DNA of 64,000 nucleotides, taken from Felis catus (lineage: Eukaryota). The notes beneath the pieces are model-generated. The model saw only the letters and a program-made list of their open reading frames with translations, made no database searches and was not told where the DNA came from. The stretch covers positions 100,504,001-100,568,000 of the forward strand of contig NC_058368.1 in the NCBI RefSeq assembly GCF_018350175.1, given 5' to 3'. Position 1 is the first letter of the stretch; every line of letters begins with the position of its first letter. Position numbers and translations under genes: made by a program. Positions 13,796 to 27,940 of the stretch are shown here, one piece after another.

Positions 13796-14914
13796 AATGT
13801 TAAATAATATATAATTTGAATTAGATATTTTTTAAAAAACTTGGTGAAAATTTCAGATCAAGATAGTTCCACTAGTGAACTCTGTCCAGCGTTTAAGAAA
13901 TGATGCTGATTTCACAGAAATTCAGAAAATCAAGGGAGGGGTGTATATTTCCTAATTCATTTTATTACCCTGATATCAAAATCAGATAAATACATAAAAA
14001 GAAAACTGCAGATAAATATTCCTTGTGAAAACAGAAGCCAAAAATCTTCAACAAAATTTTAGCAAACTGAAGCTGGCAATACAGAGAAGAATAATACATC
14101 TTTACCCAGTGGGGCTTATTTCAGGGATGCAGGGTTGATTTTTACAATTTTTAAACGATTCAATACGATGTACCACAAAAAAACAATAAAATAGAAAAAC
14201 ATATGACTATATTAATAGTTATAGTAAAAGCATTTGACAAAACTTAATATCCCTTCACAAGTAAAAACTTGTAGACATTGAAGAAAAAGGTACATTTTTA
14301 ACACGATAAAAGCCATCAGAAAAGCCTACAGCTAATATTCTATATAATGGTGAAAATGTTACTATCTCCCTTGAGATTAAAATTAGGAATAAAGCCAGGA
14401 TGAGTAATCGAATCGCTGCAAATTGTAATGGAATTCCTGGACTTGTATTAATGCAAGGAAAAGCAATAAAATGCCTGCAATTTGGAAAAGAATAAAATTG
14501 TCTTCATTCACGAATGACATGATTGTGTGCAGAGAAAATACTAAGGAATATACAAAGTAAACTACTAGAATTAGGAAGTGAATTTTGCTTGGTCTCAGGA
14601 TATAAATCAATAAACAAAATAAATTGCATTTTTATATAGTATCAGTGAATAATTACAAAGTGAAATTTTAAAAATATTTTGCAATAGCATCAAAAATGAG
14701 ACTACTTAGTAAAAAATTGAATACATGTAAGACTTGTACACTGAAAACTACAAAACATTGAAGACCAGAAACAAAAGAATAAAGTTTGTTTATGGATTGA
14801 TATTTCTATATTGTTAAGATCTCGATTGTCCCAAATGGGTCTGTGGCTCCTCTACAATCCCAATCAAATTCCTGAAAGAATTTTATTTTTTAAGAAATTG
14901 GCATGTTGATTTCA

Positions 14915-15309
14915 AAATATATAAATATAAATATATAAATATTAAATAAATAAATATATAAAATATACAAATAAATAAATATATAAAATATATATAAATA
15001 TATATAAATATATTATTGTATATAATTAAATATTTATATTTATATATACATTTTATATATAATTCATATATAAATTTTTATATATAAATATTTAAATATT
15101 TAATTATATATAATCATTTAATCAATAGAATTGAATCAATAGAATTATTGATCTATTTAATCAATAGAATTAAATATATATTTATATATAAAAATTATAT
15201 ATAAAAATATAAAAATATAAAAATATATTAAAATATGTTATATATAAATATTATAAATATATATAAATATATATTTCAAAATATATAAATATACATATTT
15301 ATATATATA
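14915..15309. repeat. AT-rich low-complexity tract (~395 bp)
   Basis: Almost pure A/T with (TA)n-like units, interrupting L1 ORF2. Confidence 0.95.
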
Positions 15310-15594
15310 CAGAAATGCAAAGGATATAGAAAAGCCAAAATACCTTTGGAAAAGAGGGGGAAAGTGAAAGGATTTACCCTCCCTGAATTCAAGATTTGCT
15401 GCAGAACTACAGAACTCAAGACTGTTGTATTGGTAGATAGCTATATACATCAGTGGAGCAGAATAGAATCCAAAAGTAGAGAGACCCACACATATATGCT
15501 CAGCTGAGTTTTGACCACGTTCTCAGAGTAATTCAGTGGGAAAAGGACAGAATTTTCAACAAGTGGTCCTAGGACAATTGGATATCTGTGTGGA

Positions 15595-16005
15595 TGTGAT
15601 GGTGAAATTATGTGTCAGTTTGGCTGGGTCAGTTTGGCAAAATAATGTTTGTCCAAATATGTAGCCAAAAATTATTCTGGATGTTTCTTTTGGGATTTTT
15701 GTTTTCATTTTCTGATGAGATTAATATTTAAATTGGCGGACTTTGAGTGAAGCAGACTGCCCTCCCTAATCTGGGTGGGCCTCATCTAATCAGTTGAAGG
15801 CTTTAATAGAATGAAAACTGATGTCCCCTGAGCCAAAAGGAATTCTACAAGCAGACAGCCTTTGAACTGCATCTCTTTCCTGAGTCTCCAGCCTCTGCAT
15901 CAGATTGTGAACTTACCAAGCTTCTGTGACCACATGAACTCACTCCTTAAAAGCTCTCTTTCTCCCTCCCTCCCCCTCCCACCCTAGAGAACCCTGACTA
16001 ATACA
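15595..16005 (+). mobile_element. MLT2-type (ERVL) solo LTR
   Basis: TGtgatgg...ctagagaaccctgactaataCA termini; 5-bp TSD gtgga/atgga. Confidence 0.88.
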
Positions 16006-16748
16006 ATGGATAAAAGAAACTTGAATGCTAGAGCATAATAAAAATGAACTCAAAATGGATCGTAGACCTGTATATAAGTCTAACGTTTGAAATTTCTAGA
16101 GGAAGTATGAGAAAAATACTTGTGACCTTGGATTGGAAGCAAGGATTTTCCTGGACAGGGCGCCCTAACACCAAAAGAAAAAAAATAACTCGGAATTAAG
16201 AAACGTAAAAAATTTGCTCCTCAAAAGACACCACCAAGATAACAAAAGATAAGCCACAGACAGCATAAAATAACCACAGTACATATTTCTGTGGCAAACA
16301 CAGTCACCTTCATCATTAATTAGGGAAATGCAAATTAAAGCAAAATGAGACACCACTGAATGGAACATCATATAGTCACAAGAATGGCTAAAAAGACTGA
16401 CATTAATACCCAGTATTGTCGACGGCCTCAAGCACTGAAACTCTCTTACAGTGACGGTGGGAATGCGAAATGGTACAGACAACTGGCACTTTTTTTATAA
16501 TGTTAAACATACACCAACCACATTTACTCAGGAGAAGTGAAAACATAGCCACAAAGAGCTTATACCAAAATGTTTACAGAAACGTTATTCATCACAGCAC
16601 AAAACTGGAAAAAGCCCAAATGTGCATCAATAGGCGAACGGTTAACCGAGTCTTCATACTTTGATTCAGTGGAATACTACTTCATGACAGAAAGGAACAA
16701 ACTAGTGATATATGCAATGTAGATTCATCTTAAAAACATTATGCTGAT

Positions 16749-16948
16749 GGGACGCCTGGTGGCTCATTTGGGTAAGCGTCCTACTCTTGGTTTTGTGAGT
16801 TCGAGCCCTGCGTCAGGCTCTGCCCTGGCAGCATGGAGCCTGCTTGGGATTCTCCCTTTCCCCCCCTCTCTCTCTCTGCCCCTCCCCAGCTCGTGCTGTC
16901 TCTGTCTCTCTCAAAATAAATAAACTTAAAAACAAATAAATAAACATA
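16749..16948 (+). mobile_element. Can-SINE inside L1M 3'UTR
   Basis: Head, (CT)n, tail; TSD aaacattatgc/aaacattgtgc. Confidence 0.92.
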
Positions 16949-17508
16949 AACATTGTGCCAAGTCCGAGGAGGAGCCTGACATAAAAGGATATATGCTGTG
17001 ATTCCTTTACACAGATTTCAAGAACATTCAAAACTAATCTACACTGACACAAACGAGGAGTGTTGCCTGGTGGGTGGATCTGGGCAGTAAGGGGGTTGCC
17101 TGCAAAGTCACGTGGTGGAAATTTTACGTGTGTTGGACACGTTCTATGCCATGACTGGCGTGGTGGTTTCACACACTGGACAGTGCGATTGATGCATTTC
17201 ATTACATGCAAATTGTACTTCAATAAATTGAGAAAGTAGATTTTGGGAAAACATTCTCTTCGGACGGTTCCAATTCCACCGCACAGCTGCTCAAGACCTT
17301 CTGCACACTGCGGTGTCCGCCTGCAAACTCATGCAGAGCTTTTCCCCATTTTCTAGGGATCTCTGTGCTATGATTCTAGGGATCAGCACACACATCCCCC
17401 AGCCCTTGTCTGCTCCACTAGAAGAGGTGTTTATGTAGGAAGTGATCTCAGGTCTGGCTGGCTGGGCCTCACAGTCACCTGGCGTGCCCACTAAAAACAC
17501 ATGTTCCC

Positions 17509-17720
17509 GGTGGCGCCTGGGTGGCTCAGTTAAGCGTCCGATTTTGGTTCAGGTAATGATCTCATGGTTCATGAGATCCAGCCCTGCGTAAGGCTCTGTG
17601 CTGCCAGCTCAGAGCCTGAATCCTGCTTCAGATTCTGTGTCTCCCTCTCTCTCTGTCCCTCCCCTGTTCGTGCTCTGTCTCTCTCCCAAAAACAAATAAA
17701 CAGCAACAACAAAAATTGTT
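17509..17720 (+). mobile_element. Can-SINE
   Basis: Head ggcgcctgggtggctcag; TSD-like catgttcc on both sides. Confidence 0.93.
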
Positions 17721-19618
17721 AATGCATGTTCCTGGGCCCTATCCTTGGAAACTCTACTTGAAGTCCAAGACTAACGCCACAGTGCTGTCCTGTGTTCATT
17801 GTTCACATTCCTAACTATGCTAGATTTGAGTCACTGCTACAAGGCTCTGTTGAAACTCGATTCCCCCTTGTGTCCAGGCTGGCCTTACTGGACACTGGCC
17901 TCACTTTTTAATAACAGCCTTTCTCAAACTTCAGCATCTTAAGGGACAAAATGATGTCATTCTGATCATTCATGTAGCAAATTATGAGGGCTCCGAGACA
18001 AATTAACAGCTCAGTCTTTTTGTAGGGTCCCCATCCCTCAGTAACGCCAAGAACCTCTGGGGAAGGAGGTTACCTGGACTCAGGAATCAGCCCTACTCAT
18101 CATCACTGCTTGTCAGGAGAAAGGGAGTTCACACTTCCCCCTGAGATTCAGGATTAAGGGTAAAATCCTTTAATGGCAAAGCGAAAATGAGGGTCGCTGC
18201 TCTGGCTCCACGTCAAGGCGATTCTAAGGGGTTCTTACTACTCAACTGTTTTTGTGAAGTCAGAGTATGTTTCTCTGCATTCTGTGCTACAAGGCCGTAC
18301 AAATTGCACTGGTTCAAAAACATCTTTGTCTGAAAACCTTTATTTGCTAGTCTGGTCTGGTTAGAAAAATACCAAAGATTATCCCTGCAAACCCGTGAAT
18401 ATCAGGATATGCGTGAGTCTGCTCAGTTAGGATTTCTACCAATGTAAGGTTTTGTTTGCTGCCTCTTACCTTCCAGGGTAACCTTCCAGGGAAATAGGGT
18501 GGGAGGGGGGAGGGAGTGTGGAATGGTGTGCTCTGTGCATGTGTGCATGCAAAAAGAACGTATCTGACATGTCAATTTTAGTTCCATGCATTTAAGGTCC
18601 TAGAAGACCAGGCAAGACACTGGACCATTTTTTTCAAACTGCAAAAGCTCTTTAGGCCTCATTGAAACTTTGATAGAAGTGTTTTTAATCACTTGGGCTA
18701 CCATGAGAACCCGGGGGATTGGAACTCTAGCTGAATGAGAAGGAAACAAGATAAATCTCTGTGCAGAGCAGTAGAACAGTCAGGGAGGGGAAAGATTTAG
18801 AAGCCAAATGACAGCACGAGGAAATTCAATAGCTAGAGTCCAATAACTGGGGTGAAAAGTGGACTCAGAAAGAAAGAGGCAGGTTGGAATGCAAAATGCA
18901 AGCTTGACCTTCTCTGCAGCGTTGCCTGGGGCCCTGGTGACAGCTGTTCACTCTCAAGCTTCTCTCGGTGTTTGCCAACAAGGGTGCTTTGGAAAATACA
19001 GAGCACACCTTCCATCGTTTAGCCCAGTTTCCACTGTTGAAACACTCTGATTCTTTATTATGTCTTCCTGATTCTCTCTAGTAGAAAAGAAAAAAGAGAC
19101 AAGCCCATTACTTCCCTAAACATTCCCTCTTGTCAATATGATATTGACAGAATTCCCCCTGGTTTAGAATCTCCTGGGAATTGCCAAGGCATCCTATTTT
19201 ACTAAATTGGTGACATTTGAAGGATTTTAAGGACTCATACAATTTTAGAATTAGAAAGGACACTGGAAATTGTATAGTCCCAACTCTTAATTTGAGGCAT
19301 TTAATCATGTATGCAAATATACATATTGTCACGCCCCCTACTATGGAGCCAGGAATCAGAAAGAGCCCAAGACTTGTCCTCAAATACCACCATCTCCCTC
19401 ATTTAACCCCTCTAACAGGTGGCTGTTAATTTCCCTCAATGTGGGGCTGTGAGTTCTTTAGGTAACTCCCTGCCATATTCTTTATCTACATTCCTTATGT
19501 TATTCTTAAGTTCATCTCCTTTGGACTCTAGAGATAGAGCCTAGGGATACAGTCATGCATAAAACAGATAGAAATCCTGCCCCAGGTGAGCTTATATTCT
19601 AACAGACAAAGCACTCAA

Positions 19619-19746
19619 GAGGGGGAAGGAAGGGGAGACAGAGGATCAGAAGCAGGCTCTGTGCTGACAGCAGAGAGCCCGACGTGGGGCTTGAACCCAT
19701 GAACCATGAGATCATGACCTGAGCCAACTAATCTACCCAGGCGCCC
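19619..19746 (-). mobile_element. Can-SINE, partial
   Basis: Reverse body gagatcatgacctgagcc...cccaggcgccc. Confidence 0.85.
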
Positions 19747-20269
19747 GAGTTATCATGCATTATAAAGTAGACCACCAGAGTAAAGGCAGATTGCGAGCAG
19801 GATGAGTCATCCCCAAAAGGAATATGATGATTAACACAATTTTAAAGGAAGGGTACACTTGGAGAGATCTAACTGGGACTTTTCAAACGATGAAGGATGT
19901 AATAGGGTCTTAATGCAATTATGTTTATCGTTTGTTAAGGATGTTTTTGTGCTGAAGTCTAGACAATTTCAGTTTTTTACAGATCTGGAAAAAGAAGCCT
20001 CTGCAAAGCCAGTCCCTCATGAGCAATCCCCAAATAGTGAACCCTCAAGGGACGGTCAGAGGAGAGCCCAGGGTAACTGGTAGAGGTGAACTGCAAAGGC
20101 AGTGCCCAGTCTGTCATGCAGAGTGGGTCCAGTGGCAGGCCAACTGGGCAGAATGAGTCAGGAACCTGGCACCTCTTAACCCGGGTTGCTCTCCATCTTA
20201 CAGATCACACTGGTAAAATATAAATAGGTCTCGTTTTCCACAAAGTAGACAACTTCTCAAGTGAACTTG

Positions 20270-20483
20270 ATTTTGTTTTCATGTTTATTTATTTTGAGAG
20301 AGAGAGAGAGAGAGCATGAACCAGATACTGGGGCAGAGAAAGAGGGAAAGAGAGAATCCCACGCAGGCTCCACACTGTCAGTACAGAGCTTGATGTGGGG
20401 CTTGATCTCATGAACGATGAGATCATGACCTGAACCAAAATCAAGAGTCGGACGCTCAACTGCCTGAGCCATTCAGGCATCCC
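20270..20483 (-). mobile_element. Can-SINE
   Basis: Full reverse element; TSD ctcaagtgaact/ctcaagtggact. Confidence 0.93.
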
Positions 20484-23032
20484 TCAAGTGGACTCTAAAA
20501 AGCACTCTTCCCGAAGGGCTGTCTGTCCAGTCCCACTGCACAAGAGTGCCGCTCACTGAGAATAAGTGATTTTTTTTTTATCTGAAGTTTAGATAATTTA
20601 ATATGCTTCCCAAGAAACTAGTCCAGAATGTGGAAATTCCAAGACAACCACAAATCAATAAAAAGGAAAAACAAGTAATTTTACATACTTTGCATGTCAT
20701 TGAGTCTTAATTGAGCACTAATAAAGAGATATACAAGTTTTATTAATAAAAAATCAGTACCTCCTCACTCCTACCATGTAAAGATTAAACAAGTATACAA
20801 AGAATGTATCCATTTGAAGGGATACCAAGTGATTTACCTTACATGGGGCCTTGTATTTTGGGGTCCAGGCTGGCTTTCATGTTGTTTTCTCACATGTGTG
20901 GCTCCCCGTTGCCTTAAATGGAAATGAATATTTGATCCCAGTTGAGCCTAAAAATGTATTTGGATAAGAACCAACAGTGCTGGCCAATAGGTAAATGGAA
21001 GACTTGTTGGAGATGTTTTCCCTCATCTGGGACCTGGAATATGTAGGGGTTCAGATAAGAATCTGAGAGTCCAAAAGAGGTTAGAAGAGTTAGAAGCAGT
21101 ATAAGAAATCACTACGTACATAGCAGGTAAAGAACGTAACCCTGCACTGGGAGAAATTCATGGCCACCAGTTTAGAGGAGGTAAACAAGGTATGTCTCTC
21201 ACTCTTCCTGGTTCCATTAGGAAAGAGAGCTGAGCCCCTTCGCAAGGCATGCCTCGGTCTCTCCATCAGACAAACAGTACCCAGTACATAGGCAAATCTT
21301 AGGCTTATATTATAAGAATACATAGTTTAAGACCCTAAGAGGCAATGGCTTGGGGATCTTCTTACATTATCTTGATACTTGAAGGAGCTCAGAAGAGAAT
21401 TCTAGCAATTCAGAAGAATTCACATTTCATAGATGGTTGCCTGAGGAGTGTTTATCTCTTAGAAATATTTGTTGTTGGTTAAACTGAGACTTCTGTTTCT
21501 ACTCAGCTACTTGGCATTTGTGCCTCTCCGCATGATTCAAGGAGTTTTCTCTGACTAACCCCTGGCCTGGAATCTTCTCTAAATTCCTGAAGAACTATCT
21601 TTGCCCCTCATTTGTCATTGAATGTATATAGTTCTATAGGACCCTTCGTTCCTTCTTTTCCTCCCTCCCTCTTCCTCCCTCCCTTCCTCCCTTCCTTCCT
21701 TCCTTCCACTTCCCCTTCTCCCTCTTCTAAAATTTCCTGACTGCTTATTCTGTGAGCACTGTTCTCATCTCTTTTCAGTCAATTTTGTAATATAATCCTC
21801 TCAGGAACTCTCTTATCTAATCTCTCCCAGTTAGATTCTCTAATTCTTGGGTATAGGTACTATCTTACTCCTCTTTGGATATTAAGTACCAAATACTCTT
21901 ATTCATCCAAAATAATAATTGACCAAAATCTGTGTACAACTAGAGTCCACTTAAGTTTAACATGTCTCTCAGTATAACTAAAACATTAATTTTCGATTAT
22001 TCATCAGTTCAGTTATTATGTCTTCAGTCTGTAAGTATCATTCATGACAGGTCGTAAAACAAACAAAGATTTTTATAGAAACAAGGAAGAAAGGAAGGAA
22101 GAAAGGATAGAAGGGAGGGAGGGAGGAGAAGTGGGGGGGGTGGAGAAGAGAGAGGAGAGATTGGAACAGGACTGACGTGATACCTCATACTTTGATAAAC
22201 TGCAAAATAGGTCTCCTCTTTATATGCGTCTTCCCCTTCTGTATCTCATAAGTCAGCTGAGAGAAGATGGTTAATTTCTGGGAGAATGCTTTTCTATGTA
22301 ATTGTATAAAAATGTTCCTATATCCAAGAATGTGTATGTCCGGATGGTGGAGGCAAAGGGAGAACATTCCGTAAATCCTGATCGGCAGTCCTAAAAAGGC
22401 CATTTTCTCACAATTATAAATTTCCAAGAACTGGTTCCCTCTTTACAACTATTTAAAAACTCTACTACTACATTAGTTTGGATTGGTTCTAAGCCCTGAA
22501 TCCCAAAGGCCGGGGATTCAAACCTTGGCTTCAGAAACCATCAACACCCTACACACTCATAATGAGAAGTGAAAGAGGTTGGTCAAACCCCAGAACGGGC
22601 CGTAAGAAGGCCAAAATCCCTAAGCTCCTGGGGCTGCTGATCCCATTCTACAGGAATGTTGAAAACACCAGCTTTCCCGGAGAGAGACCCCAAACTATAC
22701 TTTTAGGTGATAGAATCCAAGCCAAGACATCCTTACGTGGCCAGAGACAGAGCCAAGGACATTTCTGTCCGTTTCTTCTTGAACTCATTGGTCACCAGAA
22801 ATCTGTAATTACAACAACCACAAAAATTATCCAAGAAAATTCACCATAGTAGTGAAATGGTAATAACTGTTGCCCTTTGAAGACCTACCACATGCCAGGA
22901 ATAACCAGCTGTACATCTTTTTAATTGTTACAATGACCATAGAAAATATTTTTATCGACAAGGATATTGAGACTCAAAGAGGTTAAGTAACTTAATATAT
23001 AGCAAAACCAGAATTGGAACCCAGGCCTATCT

Positions 23033-23240
23033 CAGTGTCTCTTCACAAGGGGAAGTTTTACCCCCTTGGGAACATTTGATAATGTCTTGGGATGTGTTTG
23101 GTTGTCATGGCCAGGAGGTTGCTCAGGGTATGGCGTGGGCAGAGGGATGGCACTCAGCATCCTTCAGTGCCCAGGACAGCCCCTACCACCCAGGATTATC
23201 CAGCCCCAAGCGTCAGTAGCGCCGAGGCTGAGAATTCCCC
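23033..23240 (+). mobile_element. MER20 (hAT-Charlie) fossil
   Basis: acatttgataatgtc...aggacagcccctaccacc..attatccagcccc..gtcagtagcgccgaggctgagaa matches MER20. Confidence 0.8.
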
Positions 23241-24666
23241 CATCTCGCTCATTCTAAGGCTGACTCGGTGCCTGGCAGAGCATCCAGCATCTGCATGTGC
23301 AAGGAAATACAGATGCGAGAGTGAGGATGTGGCTAAGAACAAAAAGAAGATGAAGGGAAGACATGGGCTTGAGGTAGAAATTTCCATTCATTTGTAATGG
23401 AGACGGGGAGTGAACAGGGAACACAACTCAAGCCAAGAAATTTCCCATCACTCTAATGACCTGTCCCCTTAGTCAGCTGATTAGCACCACCCAGCAGGGT
23501 AGATGATACAGATGATCCATGCCAATGGATCCGGACAAAACCAAGCATTCCAGTCCAGGGAACCTTAACTCTGGCTGCCTCCTGACCACGGTCAGCCTGT
23601 CTTGAGTTTGATGGAATAACCAAGGCAGCCCACGGGGTCTACTTATCTCAGCACCATAGCTGTCTGGAAGTAAGGCCGGGGCCAATATCTGCTTCCCCAC
23701 GGCCCAGCTGTGGCTGTCAGCTCCTGGAGCTGGGTCAGCCAGGGGACAGGCAGGGTGCCTGGTACCAGACACCCAGTCCCATTCTCTGTCCTCCCTCTAC
23801 TAAGAAATGGCTTCCCTGGTGCTGCCAATGCATGGATCATGGAATCTGTCAGCAAGACACCCGTTTTTCTATGCCTGCTTGGAGCATGAAAAGCAGAAGG
23901 TTTCTTGGACTGTAATTTAGTGTAGATGCTCTCTCTCACGTTTTCTTCACCATTAACCAGTCATAAATCATTCTACTCAGCAACTTCTGTACCTCTCTAT
24001 GTCAATTTCTTCAACCCTTCTGAAATTTGGGAATTACATACGGAGTTCCATAAGAGCCTCCTGTCTGCCCCAGCACGCCTTCCCTTCCAGTCCCAGGACA
24101 AGCTGTGGCTTTGTCCAGGTCCCGGGGCTTCAGTCCTTCTCTAGCACAGGACCCCCCCTTTGTGTGTCTAGGGGCTCCCAGCTCTGTCACCTACTGTCAC
24201 ACTGTCAACACACTGGCGGGCCTGGTACTGATGGCTGGATCAGATTACATTAGCGAAATGAATAAATGAGAGTTATATCCGGGCAGATATCCTTGGTAGC
24301 AGTTGTCTTTCCACATTGTCACTTTCGAATGTCTAGCTGGTCTACAAAACAGAAAGCTCCTTGAAAGCTGGGGCTGTGTCTTTGCTCCTTTGTATTCCCA
24401 CTGCCTGGTACATAACAGAAGCTGAAACAGTTAACTGAGTGAAAAAAGTAAATGGAAACAACTAATGAATCTAGTTTTGAGAGTTTCCAGTGTCGAGAGA
24501 TACCGCAGCTGCATACGCTTGATAAAACTGGGCACAAAATAGAGTGAATTTTGCTGGGGATAAATTAATTTTTTTAATGAGAAAGAATATAAGAAATGCA
24601 CCAGGGAAAACAAATCCCTTTAATATGTCATTGTGACCATTATAAAATTTAAAAGCAATGTTCTCT

Positions 24667-24880
24667 GGGGGCACCTGGGTGGCTCAGTCAGTTAAACGAC
24701 CGACTTCGGCTCAGGTCATGATCTCACGGTTTGTGAGTTCGAGCCCCACGTCGGGCTCTGTGCTGACAGCTCAGAGCCCGGAGCCGCTTCTGATTCTGTG
24801 TCTCCCTCTCTCTCTGCCCCTCCCCCACTCATGCTCTGTCTCTCTCCGTCTCAGAAATCAACATTAAAAAAAATTTTTTT
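24667..24880 (+). mobile_element. Can-SINE (SINEC_Fc type)
   Basis: Intact A/B boxes (gttcgagcc); TSD aaagcaatgttctct/aaagcaattttctct. Confidence 0.95.
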
Positions 24881-24913
24881 AAAGCAATTTTCTCTTTTAC
24901 AAACGTTCTAACA

Positions 24914-25135
24914 GGGGCACCTGGGTGGCTCAGTTGGTTAAGCATCTGACTCTTGATTTCAGCTCAGGTCATGATCTCATCATTTGTGGCTTTAAGCCCC
25001 ATGCCAAGCCGTGCACTGTGTCAGCACAGAGCCTGCTTGAAATCCCACCCCACCCCCCACCACTCTCTCTCTGTCCCTCCTCCACTCATGCTCTTTCTCT
25101 CTCTCCCACTCTCTCAAATAAGCATAAAAAAAACT
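24914..25135 (+). mobile_element. Can-SINE (tandem neighbour)
   Basis: Second head ggggcacctgggtggctcag about 35 bp after the previous tail. Confidence 0.92.
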
Positions 25136-26881
25136 CTTTTTAATGTTATAACAAAAAAGATGCATAGTATTACAGAAGCATCCCTTCCCTGTCATATAAA
25201 AAAGGAGTTATTTCCTAACTGTCTTCTAATTATCAGTGTAATCTTATTTCATATACAAGCTTTTGGTGAAAATGAGACATTTCCGGTTCCTGAAGGCAAC
25301 ATTCAGCTACGAATATGTCTTTTGAGAGTAAACGTTCTTTGGGTAGAAGGTAACTCTACTAGATCCTTTAAATGTTATGTGTTAACATTCCTGAGTTGTA
25401 AAAAGTTTATTTCGCCTGAAGGATCAATTTACGTCTATCCCAACATACTACGTCATAAAGAAGATGCGTGAACTGCCAGGAAGAGCTTTCTAGGAACAGA
25501 GACATAATATGGCCTTAGATTAATAGAATATTTTTGAAATTAAAAATATTCCATAATTTAAAATTTTGTTTAGAATGGGAAAAATGGATAATAAACAGGG
25601 CACCAGAGGTCACATCTTTGGCACAAAGCAACAGAATTGTCACATTCCTTCTCACAGCCTTCCACGACTCTTCCAGCTTTTGCCTGGATCACCTACCTCT
25701 GAATTCTTTTGGCACTTTCTGTTGGCATTTGTTGAGATGGAGATTGTCAGCCTAAGGCAGATTCCAAATAGACCACATGTAGAATGAATCCAGTAAGAGT
25801 TTAATGGATGTGTGTTATTTTGTTTGATTTGCAGTTTTGCAAACTTTTCAATTTGTGAACCTTTCTACCAATTGGCCGATGTCTCCTATGAATCCATTTC
25901 TCTTGAAGAATCAGAAAGATCTGGTAATGCTTAGTCCACATTCTCAAGTGGCTGAAGCCAAGTGGTGGCTAGTTTCTGTAGAAATAGCAGGTGCTTCTCG
26001 TTTGCCAGTGTCTCCACTGTCCTGTGTGTTTCCTCTCTGGCCTCTGTGGACTTTGAATATACAAGGCAGCCCACAGGCACGGTAAGTTGTATGAGACATT
26101 GGTGCAAACCCACTAGACATGGGAAAGCAGGCCAAGGCAGCTGCTGAGAACCTCCTAACCAGTGGTGGATCAAAGAACCTGATTGTTAGTATGGCCAAAT
26201 CCATAAAGCTTCAGGAAAGGCCCTCAGGCTTAGAGAATCAGGACATATCTATAGGGGTTGCAGATGCCTGTAGGATGGTCTAGATGACAGTGGGCAGGGG
26301 TCCCCTAAGAGAAGAAAGTGGAAACTGCATCAACAACACGCTGGTATCACCTGGGACCCACAGGTCATGACTTTTGACAGGCTACCCCTTGGCAGTTGCC
26401 TTCTACAAAGTTTCCTTCTGCAGAACCACAGGGTAGCAGGGATACCAGAGAAGTTCTCCCTGCTTCAAGGGGTGAAGGTTCTCATCACTGTCACTGCTCT
26501 CTTCTGATGCTGGGGCAGGCATTCTGGCCTCAGAAACCTTCACAGAGGCCTCATTTTGACAACCACCCATATCCTATCTGCTATTGGCTTTCAGTGTATG
26601 TTTTTACTTCTTCACTAAGGTAGTTGTTTGTGAGCCAGTGAAATGCCTTACGTTTCACCTGTTACCATGTCTGACAAACTACTGTGTGTTAGCCAAACAG
26701 CTCATGCTCCTTATTTGTTTCGAATTGAATCAGTCTTCACGGCATGAGTTAGACAAAATGGCCAAGCAATAATGGGAACAAGGCAGGTGCTTGCTTTGCC
26801 CTCCATGGGAGCCAGGATCTCTTTGGCCCCTGCCAGGCTGGAGATTCCACAAAGAGAAAAGACTCTTTAAGATGCATATGG

Positions 26882-27068
26882 AGGGCGCCTGGGTGGCTTG
26901 GTTGGTTAAGCGTCAGACTCTTGATCTCGGCTCAGGTCATGATCTCATGCTTTGTGAGACTGAGCCCCACATTGGGCTCTGTGCTGACAGCATGGAATCT
27001 GCTTGGGGTTCTCTCTCTCCCTCCCCTGTGCTCTCCCTCTGTCTCAAAATAAGTGAACTTTTTGTTTA
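26882..27068 (+). mobile_element. Can-SINE
   Basis: Head and body; TSD aagatgcatat/aagatgcgtat. Confidence 0.93.
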
Positions 27069-27812
27069 AAAGATGCGTATCTGGGAGCATTCCAAAGTAA
27101 CTCTCAGGTAGAAATGGAAGAGGTCTTAGGGCTCACCTGATTACACCTGAGAACAGGTAGTGCACAGCTACAAATCTCCATGGGCTTTTGAGGGCAGGTC
27201 TTCTTCCAAAGATTGTATAGTTCCAAACAATTCCCACCAGACTATCAAAAGGGATTTGTACCCTTACTCATAAAGGATTCTAACAGGAATGAGCTCAAAG
27301 AACCACAAGAAGGAGAATTCTTCTGTGGGTGTAAACACTGGTTTATCAGCCTTGCTTCTCATTAGCATACATCCTGCCTTGTAATTATGCCCTAATTTGT
27401 ACTGTGCAAACATCTAACAATCCCTCCACCAACAGCTTCTCTAATTAGTCAGAAAATCAGTGGCAGATGTGAAACTCGTGGGATGCTGAATATAAAATGT
27501 TAATTAATTTTAAAAACTTTGAAGCCTCTTGCAAAACCTTTCCTGAGAAAAGTTTATATGAGGGCTTCACTAACAGACATCCTTACACAGTTTTTCTGTC
27601 ATCATACTACGTTTAGCATCTGATTTATACTGTTTCTAGACTCTTCTCTGGGCCGGAGCTTTTTGGTGAATCCATTAACCATTGCTTGAGTAGATGTGGA
27701 ATTGGTTACTCTAACACCTCTGGCCAAATATCTGACTGAAATGTCTGACTCTGACAATCAGCAGGGACCTGCCCCCCCAACTCCAGGGTGGTATGAGAAA
27801 AGTCATAGAGTC

Positions 27813-27940
27813 GGGGCTCCTGGGTGGCTCAGTCGGTTAAGCATCCAACTCTTGACCTCAGCTCAGGTCATGATCTCAGGGATGAATTCAAGCCCCACAC
27901 TGGGCTCTACACTGGACGTGAACCCTACTTTAAAAAAAAA
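27813..27940 (+). mobile_element. Short Can-SINE lacking (CT)n (old subfamily)
   Basis: Head, short body, poly-A; TSD aaaagtcataga on both sides. Confidence 0.9.

Larger units (their letters stand above)
13430..17230 (+). mobile_element. Old L1M (L1MB/MC-like) ORF2 plus 3'UTR, degenerate, with nested insertions
   Basis: ORF2 motifs (aaaagcatttgacaaaa, gacatgattgtg..agaaaa, gaaatgcaaattaaa) and 3' terminus ..atgcaaattgtacttcaataaa. Confidence 0.85.
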
